From contig NC_092670.1 of NCBI RefSeq assembly GCF_964355755.1, forward strand, positions 13,006,795-13,070,794: a stretch of DNA of 64,000 nt, given 5' to 3'. This document shows positions 12,303 to 23,920 of this stretch, piece by piece. Below the pieces are notes generated by a model that did not search any database, was not told the origin of the DNA, and saw only the letters and a list, made by a program, of their open reading frames with translations. Origin of the DNA: Antedon mediterranea (lineage: Eukaryota > Animalia > Echinodermata). The translations under genes were made by a program, and so were the position numbers. Every line of letters starts with the position of its first letter. Position 1 is the first letter of the stretch.

Positions 12303-14690
12303 GCGACTTTTTAACATTCTCGGCGTGGTACGGCGGAACAGCACTAGTCCTCAGTTGTACGCACGCGCAACAGATATATAATATATACTGTATATGTATA
12401 TAATATAGTTGTATACAACTAATAATAACAAAGGGGAGTTTTACATTGTCCTTTGTAACATAATTTGTATTGTATTTCCGCCTTTATAACAAATACATGT
12501 ATTTATATATTACTATCTATAAAAAAATAAACCTGCAGTATTTACAAAAAGGCAAGTGTCCTTGTACAACATGTATGTTATAAGTTAGGCCTATATATTG
12601 CATTCGTATACGAGTTTTGCTACAAGGGAGAGGGGGGGTTGGGGTACATATAGAGAACCATGGCGTCAGTGGGGAATTTTCATTAATTGATACTTCGCAT
12701 ATGCACCCATCAGAGGCGAGCTTGTCGATTCGGAGGTTAATTTTATCTCATCCAAAATAAATTATGTATTATTAGGAGGTCATCATTAACCTTTTCACGT
12801 TCAACCTATTAGGTCATCAATTTCCGACTTACCCAGAGCTTGGTTCGAATTACAGTTGAGACTGAGTGCGATAGTGACTCCGGATTGCGATATTTCTTTT
12901 CTCAATCGTGGTTTCCATTAGCGACGTAACGTAACGCAAACGACACAACGTAAGAAAATGCCCTTCCAATAATTGTGTTTGCCCCCGCCTAGGTGAAATC
13001 AAACCTGCGATGTTTGCAGCACTGGTACGTCGTCGGTTTCCACCTGTGATTACGCAATACATCACTTTGCGTCAATACGTCGTTGCGTTGCGTCCTAGTG
13101 GGGACCACGCTTTACATAAGTTATGGATCCCTCGTGAAACGTCACAAAATAAACCCTCCGGGTTCACCGAGAGAGTGCGGAGTGAACTTTCCAAAAACTT
13201 CCAGTCAAGTTTTCCGCTCATTTCGAATTGCATCGTTTAAGGAGTAACATCTAAAGTGGGGAGCGGTGGAACTCAATTTCCTCAGTAACTTTTATTCAAG
13301 ATATTATTGTCCCCCTCAAAACAATTTGTTTTCAGTATTTTTTTTCCCAATCAAACTGTCCATATAAAACATATATTATAAAACTACCAATATCAATTAT
13401 AAAAAAAAACACAAATGTACACAATATTATTTATTCAATCGATTATTATAGACTGGCTTATAATTTAATTACCGCATTAATTGTGTTAGCTTTGGCGATA
13501 ATAAAACATTTCTCCTCAACTATATAATAGTCACGACACATAATTTAAAAATCAAAATAATACACTGGTCTGGTAATAATTAAATTAAAATAAATTAATA
13601 TATTATATGCGACGTAAATGGTTCCTCTGCTTCTTCTTCGTTATATATTTTTTAGGATATTTAATGGATCATATTATTATTAGGCGTTATACATTATGTT
13701 ATAATATAACGGTAACATATCATGACTATTTGAAGATATTAAAAGTGAGAAAACCCACAAAAGGCAAAAAAAAATAAAAAAATACTGCTGGTCTCCTACA
13801 CAGCAAACAATAGTACAATTTATTACCACAACACAGTTACCTACGTGTGAACCAGGAAATTAAGAAATTATCTAAATTTATGTACCGTAAAATCCAGAAT
13901 AAATAAATGAATAAACAAATGAATTTACTTCTACCATACTTTACCAAGCAACTATTGCGTCACCAGGTCCATTACAATTATTATTTCTATATTAAAGAAA
14001 AAGGAAAAACCAACATTGAGAAAATAGTTTATACTTCCAAACGTTATACATATTTCATCATGTTTTTTTAGAAATACTCAGAACAAAACACAACCAACGT
14101 TGAATTAATACCAACATAAACAGATATAAAAAAGCATATAACACGACAGCTGCTAAAAGAAATTAGAGATTATTTTGGTGCAGGCGAGAATGTGAACATC
14201 GCTTCCGACAGCGACAGCGTGCAAAAATAGCACCCCTCCTGGGACACTCCTACCCCTATTCAGGGGAAATCCTTTTGGGTCCCAACTGTGTCCTCTTAAT
14301 TAGGAGTTTTGCTGTATTTATTTTTATAATAATAATAATTGTATTGCATTATTACGTTTACGGACGATGACTCTTTAGTTTTTAGTCGCGTGCAACGCGA
14401 CTCTACAGCTTTGCTCTACACTATGTCGGTTGGTCGGCAAACACTAACTTGAGCACGCGACTGCAGCCATGTATATGGCCTTTTTTTCTTTTTACTCGTG
14501 AAACGAATTGATTACGAATAGGAGGACAGTCTCGAACTATGTTCCGCTTTTTTCGTTAAACAAAAAAATATAGAATAATGAATACGCATGCGCTGACGCT
14601 TTCGATTCGCGCTAATTCTACTTTTTTTTCGAAAGTTCTGTATAGTAGCAGGGTGGAATTTGGAACAAACAAACAATGTTTATGTTTTAG

Positions 14691-15022
14691 CAAAGAACTT
14701 ATAACACAAGAATCTCCTGTTCTTCAATTTGCATTCAAAGCACATCGGAAGTACAGGGTTAAAAGGTCAAACTGGGCGACGCCATTTCACAGCATGGAGC
14801 AGCTCCCCCTCCAAACTAGGAAGTCAATTACTCTATCCCCCTAGCGACCCCCAAGAGTATTAGCAGATCCCCTCTATGATTTTGACTTTCTAATTTGATG
14901 CGGGCGCCCTACTCCATGGCTCACAATGGCGCCACCCATTAGCTCTATTCTATCCCACAATGCCTTTCGAAATTGTTACGCGCTTCGGACGAACAGGAGA
15001 TTCTTGTGTTATAAGTTCTTTG
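14691..15022. mobile_element. MITE with 32-bp TIRs and 7-bp TSD (P-element-like)
   Basis: GTTTTAG|CAAAGAACTTATAACACAAGAATCTCCTGTTC ... GAACAGGAGATTCTTGTGTTATAAGTTCTTTG|GTTTTAG. Confidence 0.8.
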
Positions 15023-15227
15023 GTTTTAGTTCGAACTTGGACTACAAAATACAAATTCAGCTTGTTTAGACGAAGGATACTTCATCTTCTCTTCATTAGG
15101 GATTAAATAAATGCAAAATAGCCCGCTACTATCTCTTAACTATAATCTTAATACTGTATACACAAATATACACACATAATTTATATTATTATATATACTT
15201 TACACTGTATGTTAAAGGGTAGCTCCA

Positions 15228-15331
15228 GTTTTTAGTCGCGTGCAACGCGACTCTACAGCTCCCTGTGTCGGTCGGTTGGTCGGTAAACACTAACTTGAGC
15301 ACGCGACTGCAGCCATGTATATGGCCTTGTT
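15228..15331 (+). mobile_element. Short (~100 bp) HINE/DINE-like element; further copies at ~14378-14483 and ~1219-1315
   Basis: TTTTTAGTCGCGTGCAACGCGACTCTAC...GTCGGTTGGTCGG...GCACGCGACTGCAGCCATGTATATGGCCTTGTT. Confidence 0.7.
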
Positions 15332-15938
15332 AAAAAGGGGTTATTCCACGACGCTTTTGAAAGTGGATTTTTATCAATGTTATTGCAAAGGTTCTATTTC
15401 TATTCTCTAATAACTAATAGAAATTTTAAACCCAGAGCTCTATAGACCCTTCAAAAATAATTTACCTATAAGATCCATAATTCTATTGAATAATTATCTT
15501 TTTTGTGTATCTTTTAACCATTTATTACTGTTATGTGTATCTTTTTAACATATCACCTACATGTACATATTGAGAGATTTGCATGTAGTTTTCGATATAA
15601 TTGATGACTAACATAATAAGTACAGTTTGCTGCTCTGAGTATTTAAACATTGGCACATGAGAATCACGGGATTGATACTTGGTGAATGCTTTCAATAATA
15701 ATTATCCACCTATCTACAAATTAGGCCTTCTATTTAATACATTATTAATAACTTGATAATGAATAGAAAGTAATTGGATGGTTCAATAATTGGATGGCAT
15801 ATTAGTATGGTTAATTAGTCGATTTCATAAGAATTTAAACAACGTATGTACTCCAGTACATAAATATTAAAATCGGAAACTCTATACCCACACTCTTTTA
15901 TTTACAATGACACTCGTGCAATAGTTTGTTTTCTGTAA

Positions 15939-18900
15939 TCACTTCTTAATAGCGGGCTTAATAGTCATATATGTAGGTTCTTTGTTTTCTACATTTATGT
16001 TCTCTTTCCTTATTACATTTTGATACGGAGGTTCAAACTTATGTTGACCTTCAAACTGATGTTGATCTTTAAACTGATTTTGACCTTCAGCCTGATGTTG
16101 ACCATCAGCCTGATGTTGATCTTCAACCTGGTGTTGACCTTCAACCTGATGTTGACCTTCAACCTGATGTTGACATTCAACCTGATGTTGACCTTCAACC
16201 TGATGTTGACCTTCAACTTGATGTTGATCTTCAATCTGATGTTGATCTTCAATCTGATGTTGATCTTCAATCTGATGTTGACCTTCAACCTGATGTTGAC
16301 CTTTAACCTGATGTTGACCTTCAACCTGATGTTCAAACTGATGTTGACCTTCAAACTGATGTTGACCTTCAAACTGATGTTGACCTTCAAACTGATGTTG
16401 ACCTTCAGACTGATGTTGATGTTCAGCCTGATGTTGCTGTTCAGCATTATGTTGACCTTCTGCATTATGTTGACCTTCAACCTGATGTTGTTCTTCAACC
16501 TGATGTTGATGTTCAATCTGATGTTGATCTTGTTCCTCTTCGTCTTCACTTGCCGTACCACCAATCTCAAAAGGAAGAGCATCTAAGCGACAGCTGTTAT
16601 CCCACATATTTACAACTCCTCTTGGTTGATAGGGACCGCCGTTTGTCATCAGTGACTGACAATCGGGGGGTAGTGGAAGTGAAAGTCGTGTATTGTCAAA
16701 TTCTGAAAAAATAAACATTTACAACAATTATAATTATAATACAATACACGGTATACCACGAATATAGTGTAACCTCTAGTATTAAAATGGAACCTTCACT
16801 CTTCCCTATGGGCACCAAAGTGTAACTCGATAGAGGTGTCGTCTGAACAGGGGTTATCTTACTATTCAATAAAATAGTTTTTCTTACCATATTTTGCTGT
16901 GATTTCGTTAACTTTGTCTGCTGCATTGGCCATTCCACACGTTCGAAAATGAGGTACTAGCTTTCTAAAATCATTGTCATTCATATTGAGATATCTAGTA
17001 ACAGCAAGCTCAATGTCAGTATTGTTCTTTTCTTCCTGATCAAAGTCTTGGTAGAGAAACTCTAAAAATTCTTGTGTCGGTGGGCTCGATTGGATAGCAT
17101 CGCAGATTGTGTTCATCTTGTCTTTGTTTACATTAGTTTGGGGTTTTTTTAAATGCTTTTCTCTCGTTGTGTTGCTTAGATGTATTGTTGTTGTGTATGT
17201 TCTTTCCGTAACAGTACAATCTATAAGGTGTATATCGGATGTTTCGGAAACTGGAATGCCCCATCTAACAGATGATACATTGTCATCGAAAACACCCACA
17301 TGATATTTATATAACGGCACCTGTAAATATAACACACTTTACCTTTAAAAAATGGTACCGTATGCATTTTATTATTTATATTTAGAAAATTAAAGGCTCA
17401 GCAAATGTTTGTTACTTCATACTGCTTATTTTGATAGAAAAAACACACACACAATTTGTGAAGAAACAGAATTCCTGAATTTGCCTACCAGTATCCTTCT
17501 CAACTTTCAACATGTACATGCTAAATACCCTATGTCTGTTTCTGTTATCACTGCCAAATGATTGTCTTAAACATTCATAGTATAATCTATACTATTAATT
17601 TTATGATTATTTAACATTATTAATTAATTGTTTTTAAATAACTTAATAGTGTATAAAAACATTTGCTTAGTCTGGTCTGCTCGTGCTTACAGGTGCTCGG
17701 TACACTTTGAAGCTAGTTTGTAATATTACCTTACGATCATCGATAATGATATGAATGTTAGAATCTTTGTTGCAATAGCATTGCTTCCCAGAATCCAATG
17801 CGTTTCCTGGGTCTTCTTTCTATAAATATTAAATGGTATTGATATGATTTTTACAAATTTATTTTTACTTACTATAAAGCAAGAAGAACAATTAGCACAA
17901 ACGAAAAGATGCATTGTCCTCAAAGCATGACATTAATTAAGATTAATAAAATTACACTTTGAATATTTTGCAGTCTTTATAAAGTTCCGTAGACAAGCCT
18001 GTCAGATGTGTTGTCAAAGTAAATATCTGACAATAAGCAAGTAAAATAGGTATACAATTATAATTATATCAAAATGGCTTGTATATCAGTGTGCTTAAAA
18101 ACACTTTAAAAACAATAAACATTTTAAAATTCATAATAACTTTAGCTTAAGTGAATTCCTCATTGTATGTGTGCTTCGTTATGATTGAAGTTTGACAATA
18201 CATATAATAATGGAATTGACAACTTTTACGCACATATTTTTAAATGATCATTAAAGTATTGGAATATAACAGTTATTTTCTTACATAGATTTTTCTGAAT
18301 TCTACGAGAACCTCTTGTCGCCCGTGAACATATCCTCTACATGCGTTTATCTCCAAAAGCGTCATCCACTCGAGTTCTGTACAAGTATCGTTCGCTTGGA
18401 CCATTTCTGTTTTGAACTTGCTGAAGTGCTTCACTATTATACACGACTTATTATTCTTTATGTATGCCGTACCATCAGACTTGCACATTTTGGTCCAGTC
18501 GCCATTTTCCTGCTTACAAGATATAATAGATCTTGGTTTTTGTAGTAACTTATTTGGTACATTACCGTACAGCTCGACACGAAGTGTCACGTACATATCG
18601 AATGTGAGACCTGGTGGACCACACATTACTTCTGGGCATAAGGGAATCTTTCCATCGGTTTTCATATATCCCAAGTTGTAGATGAAAACATACGCCTGCT
18701 TTGGCAACGCGCCTTCTGGAATTGTCAATGAAATGTTGCCCAGCGTTAGTGTCGCACCTTCATGCCCAACAATCGCGACTAGCATTCGTTTATCTTCAGA
18801 TACTATGTATTTTTCCCATGGCTTCTCCTGTTTTAAAGTTCGTATTGCATCAGTGTACATACTTCTAATTTTTGGTTCTTTTATGGTGTTTTCTTCAATC

Positions 18901-20115
18901 TGTCCTGGTTCTTCCTGATAAAATATAATACAATTTCATTCGTTATTGTTGAACCAGGGAAGAGTGGAATTTCTTCTCCCTGGTTGTACACTATCAACAT
19001 TTTTTAATCGATTAGGATAGACGTTTAGTTTTTAGTCGCGTGGAAGCGACTCTATTGTTCACTATGTCGGTCGGTCTGTCGGTCTGTCGGTCTGTCGGTC
19101 TGTCGGTCCGGTATCACTATGCGTTTTATCGCTTTCTGACCTTATCTTGATATCAGTTTAATCTAGCTAGGTCAATTTTTCACAGTATATTCCTTATGGC
19201 CAGGAATCGATGTGGTTATGTTTTCACGGTGCGCAATAAAAAAATTACGCGTTCTACGCACGATTTAACGAGATCACGTTTGTAATCATATCTTCACAAC
19301 CATGAATCACAATTAAATAAAATTTGGTACTCATAAATTTCAGGGCATAAATCATCATATGGCAATACAATTACGTGCGTAGCGCATGTAACACATACGT
19401 ACGCGCGCTTAAAATTTTCAAAATTTATTTTCGATGAAGTAAGAGTACGTTTAAGGCAATTTTAAGCGTTTACAAAATTGCCATGAGTGCCCATATTTTT
19501 GCGCGCGCACGCGTTAAATGTTGTTGTGCACTCTTTTTGCCCGATTTCTGTTTTCTTGACCTACTTTTCAACTCGAAATTACGTTATACGAGCACGTCAA
19601 AAGTGACAGGCTACGCACGTGTAAATTAAAAAAATATAAATGTTTTTAAACATTTCAACATTTTTAAACATGTTCAGTAATTTCGGTCAGTATAGTTCAC
19701 TATGTCGGTCGGTCGGTCTGTCTGTCTGTCGGTCTGTCGGTCTGTCTGTCGATCCGGTATCACTATGCATTGTAGCACGCGACTTAATGGCTGTTGGCCT
19801 TGTTAGTTATATGGATAATTCTGAATAAAGTTATACATTTTTACATAGTTTTTATAGTTTAGTTTGATTTGATACGTTAAATGTTGGAATGTTTTTGATG
19901 TATATTACCTTGGTTTCAGGTGGCATGAAGTATGCGTAATCATTTTCCTCGCAATTTGACTGATCTTCTTTGTCTTTCTGATTGGTGCTACAATATTCTT
20001 TTTTCAATGCACTTTTGCGATTTTCTTCAGACGAATTCGTCATGTTATTGGTCATGTTTTCATTTTCTTGTTGATGATTGTCACCCTTCGATTTGCGATC
20101 GTATTCATGATTCAT
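15939..20115 (-). CDS. Paralog B: ZU5-UPA-like-death domain protein with (QHQVEG)n repeat in C-tail, about 707 aa
   Basis: Exons 20115-19909, 18914-18285, 17819-17730, 17320-16888, 16702-15939; same intron positions and phases as A. ZU5 ends in VKHFSKF. Confidence 0.85.
16038..16532 (-). repeat. Coding 18-bp minisatellite, about 27 units, encoding (QHQVEG)-like hexapeptides
   Basis: Unit TGATGTTGACCTTCAACC and variants inside the last exon of paralog B. Confidence 0.95.
19028..19805 (+). mobile_element. Non-autonomous Helentron-associated (HINE/DINE-1-like) element, long form, in intron of paralog B
   Basis: T-run, subterminal IR AGTCGCGTG...CACGCGACT, (GTCG/GTCT)n microsatellite, 3' hairpin end GGCCTTGTT. 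Near-identical inverted copy at 42161-42897. Confidence 0.75.
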
Positions 20116-20637
20116 TGATGCATTTAAACAGTTAGAATTCCCGATATTAAATATGACATCTTTCCCGTCGTACTGCACTACTTCTTGCAAAGAATCTGAA
20201 CCTTGTCAGAAATAGTGTAAGGAGCAAAACATAAATTGTTTTCGGAATATGCGTCACGAAAATATTATTATTATCATGAAATAATTTTTAATAATTTTTA
20301 CCTATATTGACGTTAAAAATGTACAGTACTGAATGTATCCTTCTTTAGAGAAAGCTTGCCAACATTTTTTGTTCTGTGGGACTATTGCCCTGTCATGAAT
20401 AATGTCATAGCAACATACAGCAAATGTAAAGACCAATTTACATAGACGGGCGGTAACGGTAAGCGTTCTTATGAACATTTAAACAGAACGAGGAACAGAT
20501 TCGATTGCTCATCATAGGAACAGATTCGATTTTGTGAAAATACCGCGCGGTAATTGTAGATTCTGGCCAATCAACGACATGATTGATATGACGTCACCTA
20601 TCAACAACTTGTTAGCGCGATTCGAGTCGAAGATGAC

Positions 20638-21553
20638 TGTCACGCCAAAATCAGTCCGGGCCAAAATCGGTCCGGCGGACCAGTTTTGGCTGCCAAAATC
20701 AGTCCGGGGGACCATTTATGGCTGCCAAAACCTGTCCGGCCGGACCAATTTTGGCCGCCAAAACTGGTCCGGCCTGGATAAAATTGGTCCGGGCAGTAGG
20801 ACTGTTTTTGGCCGCCAAATATGGTCCGGTCTTACAAATATATGGTGCGCAATATGAGTCATAATGTATATATCATTAAAAAAAAAGGCCATGATTAGTC
20901 ATTATATTGAAAACTATGGGGTTTTATTTGTTATTTTAATATTATAAATTAAGCCTGTTTTTTTATTATCATTATTAGTAGTAACTCATCAATAATAAGT
21001 ACTAATTGTTAGGCTTTTTGTATACAATATGTATCTCTGCCTGTTTTTAATCCATTTTGTTCTTTTTTAACATCTTCGTTTCCCCATGATGTTAAAAACA
21101 ATTTAATTTATTAATTATTTATGGTTAATCAATCAATATATCAATTCAATACAATTATTAGAAAAAAAATTATCCAATATTGATTAGGCTGAGGAAAAGG
21201 AAAAAGGCCTCAATCATAAATCAAATCTAGCTGGCAATATCAGCGTCTCATACCCGTTCATGTGAGTGTGTGGCAGGCCGAAATATGAGTGAACACCTAA
21301 GTCATGTTTTTAGATAAAATACATTTGTTTATAGTATTTATCCGACAAGATAACTTACTAATATATATCATGGGATATTTTTATAGCCATAAACAATTTA
21401 AAACAGCATCATAGGCCTAGTAATTCAATTAAAATCGACAGAAGAAAAGCCCGGACCGATTTTGGCAGTGGCGGACTGCTTTTGGCCACAATTTTAGAGC
21501 CAAAACTGGTCCGGCCGGACCGATTTTGGCCCCGGACCATATTTATCGTGACA
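20638..21553. mobile_element. Non-autonomous DNA transposon, TGT...ACA termini, 4-bp TSD (Ginger-like)
   Basis: TGAC|TGTCACG...CGTGACA|TGAC; subterminal repeats GCCAAAATCGGTCCGG are inverted at the two ends. Confidence 0.8.
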
Positions 21554-21846
21554 TGACAATAAATACGAGTGCCGTAGGCCTAGCCTATATAGTTTCGGAA
21601 CTTCTATGATTATTCAGAAATACAAACAACTGTACTACGACGTGTCATGACTGATTGTTTGTATTGATATATGATTATATATACAAATAAGGATAGTGTA
21701 AAGAAAAGATTTGGGACGTTATTAGGCAACCAGTCCCTCTAAAACCTATAGGCCTTCCCTCTGCAACATGCACTGCCTCGAGGCCTATAAGCACATAGGC
21801 CTACTTTCCACCTCACCGCTCGCGAATTCCACGCGCTGTGGCCTTA

Positions 21847-22208
21847 AAGCTTGGTTCCCACTAGAACGTAACGCAAGGACGTAAACGCAACGCAAGCGTT
21901 TTAACCAATGACAAGCGAAGTTATAGACAGTTAGCAATCACAAGCGAATAAGCCATCGCTTGTGATTGGTCAATTCACTTGCGTTGCGTTCCGTCCTTGT
22001 GTTGCGTCGCTAGTGGGAACCACGCTTTAGCTTGGTTCCCACTAGAACGTAACGCAAGGACGTAAACGCAACGCAAGCGTTTTAACCAATGACAAGCGAA
22101 GTTATAGACAGTTAGCAATCACAAGCGAATAAGCCATCGCTTGTGATTGGTCAATTCACTTGCGTTGCGTTACGTCCTTGCGTTGCGTCGCCAGTGGGAA
22201 CCACGCTT
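21847..22208. mobile_element. Head-to-tail dimer of a PIF/Harbinger-like MITE; a diverged third copy at ~22341-22504
   Basis: TIR AGCTTGGTTCCCACTAG...CTAGTGGGAACCACGCT repeated twice (~180 bp unit) in TAA/TTA context. Confidence 0.75.
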
Positions 22209-22891
22209 GTAAGATGATCAACAAAAGCGTGTTTTAGATTATGATTTTACCTTTTAGTGGAGTATACGGTAACGGGTCAAATCCTACAACATGTTAGCTC
22301 GCTTGGCTATGAGCGGTCTGCGTATACTTATGTTTCTGTAAAGCTTGTTCCGACTAGAGACGCAACGCAGGGACGTAGTGGCAACTCAAGCGAGTTATGT
22401 TTACCAATGACAAGCGACAGTTCGGATAACTCATCGATTGTTTTGGTCAAATAATTTACGTTGCATTTACATCTTTGCGTTGCGTCTCTAGTTGGGAACA
22501 AGCATAAGAGTGTGCAAAATTACGTTTTGACTCGATAGCTGCGTGTAGTCTAGTGTACCGAGAGGAAATTAAAAGTCAACAAAGTTCTGTATGTGTAATA
22601 ACTATAGAAAATATATACCCGTCCCAGATACACGACATGACAGTTCATCAGTTTGAATTATAAAGCAGTTTACAGGAAAAAACTTTAAATATTAGGCCTA
22701 AGTTGCAATAAGAACGTCAGTTATAAAACAGAAATGAGACTCACCTAACAAGTTATATCAATATCTTTCACCTTAATAATAACCGTTACTTCCTGGACAT
22801 TCGATTCCCTATCTGTCAAAGCGAGCGCAGACTTTTAAGGCGATTAACTCGTGTCTCTGTATTGTAACCCCACTCAATTGTTGTGACGTGA

Positions 22892-22926
22892 TGAGTCATG
22901 GCATAATAAAAAAAATGGGGATTTTA
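22892..22926. promoter_or_regulatory. Conserved AP-1 / AT-rich / kB-like module upstream of paralog B
   Basis: TGAGTCATGGCATAATAAAAAAAATGGGGATTTT; candidate 5'UTR exon donor at ~22744. Confidence 0.45.
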
Positions 22927-23025
22927 TTTTATCCACCTTGAATCAGGTTAAGTTCCCCCTCTAGTCCTACATTAAATAAATAATGTAATCGCGGCGGTAT
23001 AGGCTACAGTATTAATGTCAGCTTT

Positions 23026-23920
23026 GTTTTTAGTCGCGTGGACGCGACTCTATAGTTCACTATGTCGGTCGGTCGGTCGGTCTGTCGGTCTGTCGGTCCG
23101 GTATCACTATGCGTTTTATCGCTTTTCTGTACTTTTTGAACTGTTTTGATGTACAGACAATTAGTCGCGTGGATGGACGCGACTCTATAGTTCACTATGT
23201 CGGTCGGTCTGTCGGTCTGTCGGTCTGTCTATCGGTCCGGTATCACTATGCGTTTTATCGCTTTTCTGTACTTTTTGAACTGTTTTGATGTACAGACAAT
23301 TAGTCGCGTGGGTGGACGCGACTCTATAGTTCACTATGTCGGTCGGTCTGTCGGTCTGTCGGTCTGTCTGTCGGTCTGTCTGTCGGTCCGGTATCACTAT
23401 GCGTTTTATCGCTTTTCTGTACTTTTTGAACTGTTTTGATGTACAGACAATTAGTCGCGTGGGTGGACGCGACTCTATAGTTCACTATGTCGGTCGGTCT
23501 GTCGGTCTGTTGGCCTGTCTGTCGGTCCGGTATCACTATGCGTTTTATCGCTTTTCTGTACTTTTTGAACTGTTTTGATGTACAGACAATTAGTCGCGTG
23601 GATGGACGCGACTCTATAGTTCACTATGTCGGTCGGTCTGTCGGTCTGTCGGTCTGTCTGTCGGTCCGGTATCACTATGCGTTTTATCGCTTTTCTGTAC
23701 TTTTTGAACTGTTTTGATGTACAGACAATTAGTCGCGTGGGTGTACGCGACTCTATAGTTCACTATGTCGGTCGGTCTGTCGGTCCGGTATCACTATGCG
23801 TTTTATCGCTTTTCTGTACTTTTTGAACTGTTTTGATGTAAAGAAAAGTTTTAAAGTACATTACTTTTTGAAAGTTCATTTTTTTCTGAGAGCACGCGAC
23901 TTATGGCTGTTGGCCTTGTT
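23026..23920 (+). repeat. Tandem array (6 units, ~120-150 bp) of the HINE/DINE-like 5' terminus, closed by one 3' terminus
   Basis: Repeated TTAGTCGCGTG..GACGCGACTCTATAGTTCACTATGTCGGTC(GGTCTGTC)n CGGTATCACTATGCG...GTACAGACAA; ends GCACGCGACTTATGGCTGTTGGCCTTGTT. Confidence 0.9.

Noticed and set aside
16013-16586. ORFs (LKVNIR)n and (FNLMLT)n in alternative frames
   Set aside because: By-products of a stop-free 18-bp repeat; only the QHQVEG frame joins the conserved exon start and YQN tail.
20512-20857. 107-aa and 67-aa ORFs
   Set aside because: They largely overlap the subterminal repeats of the Ginger-like element.
23004-23826. Several repeated 63-80 aa ORFs (TDRQTDR / SVGLSVC)
   Set aside because: Translations of the HINE tandem array and its microsatellite.
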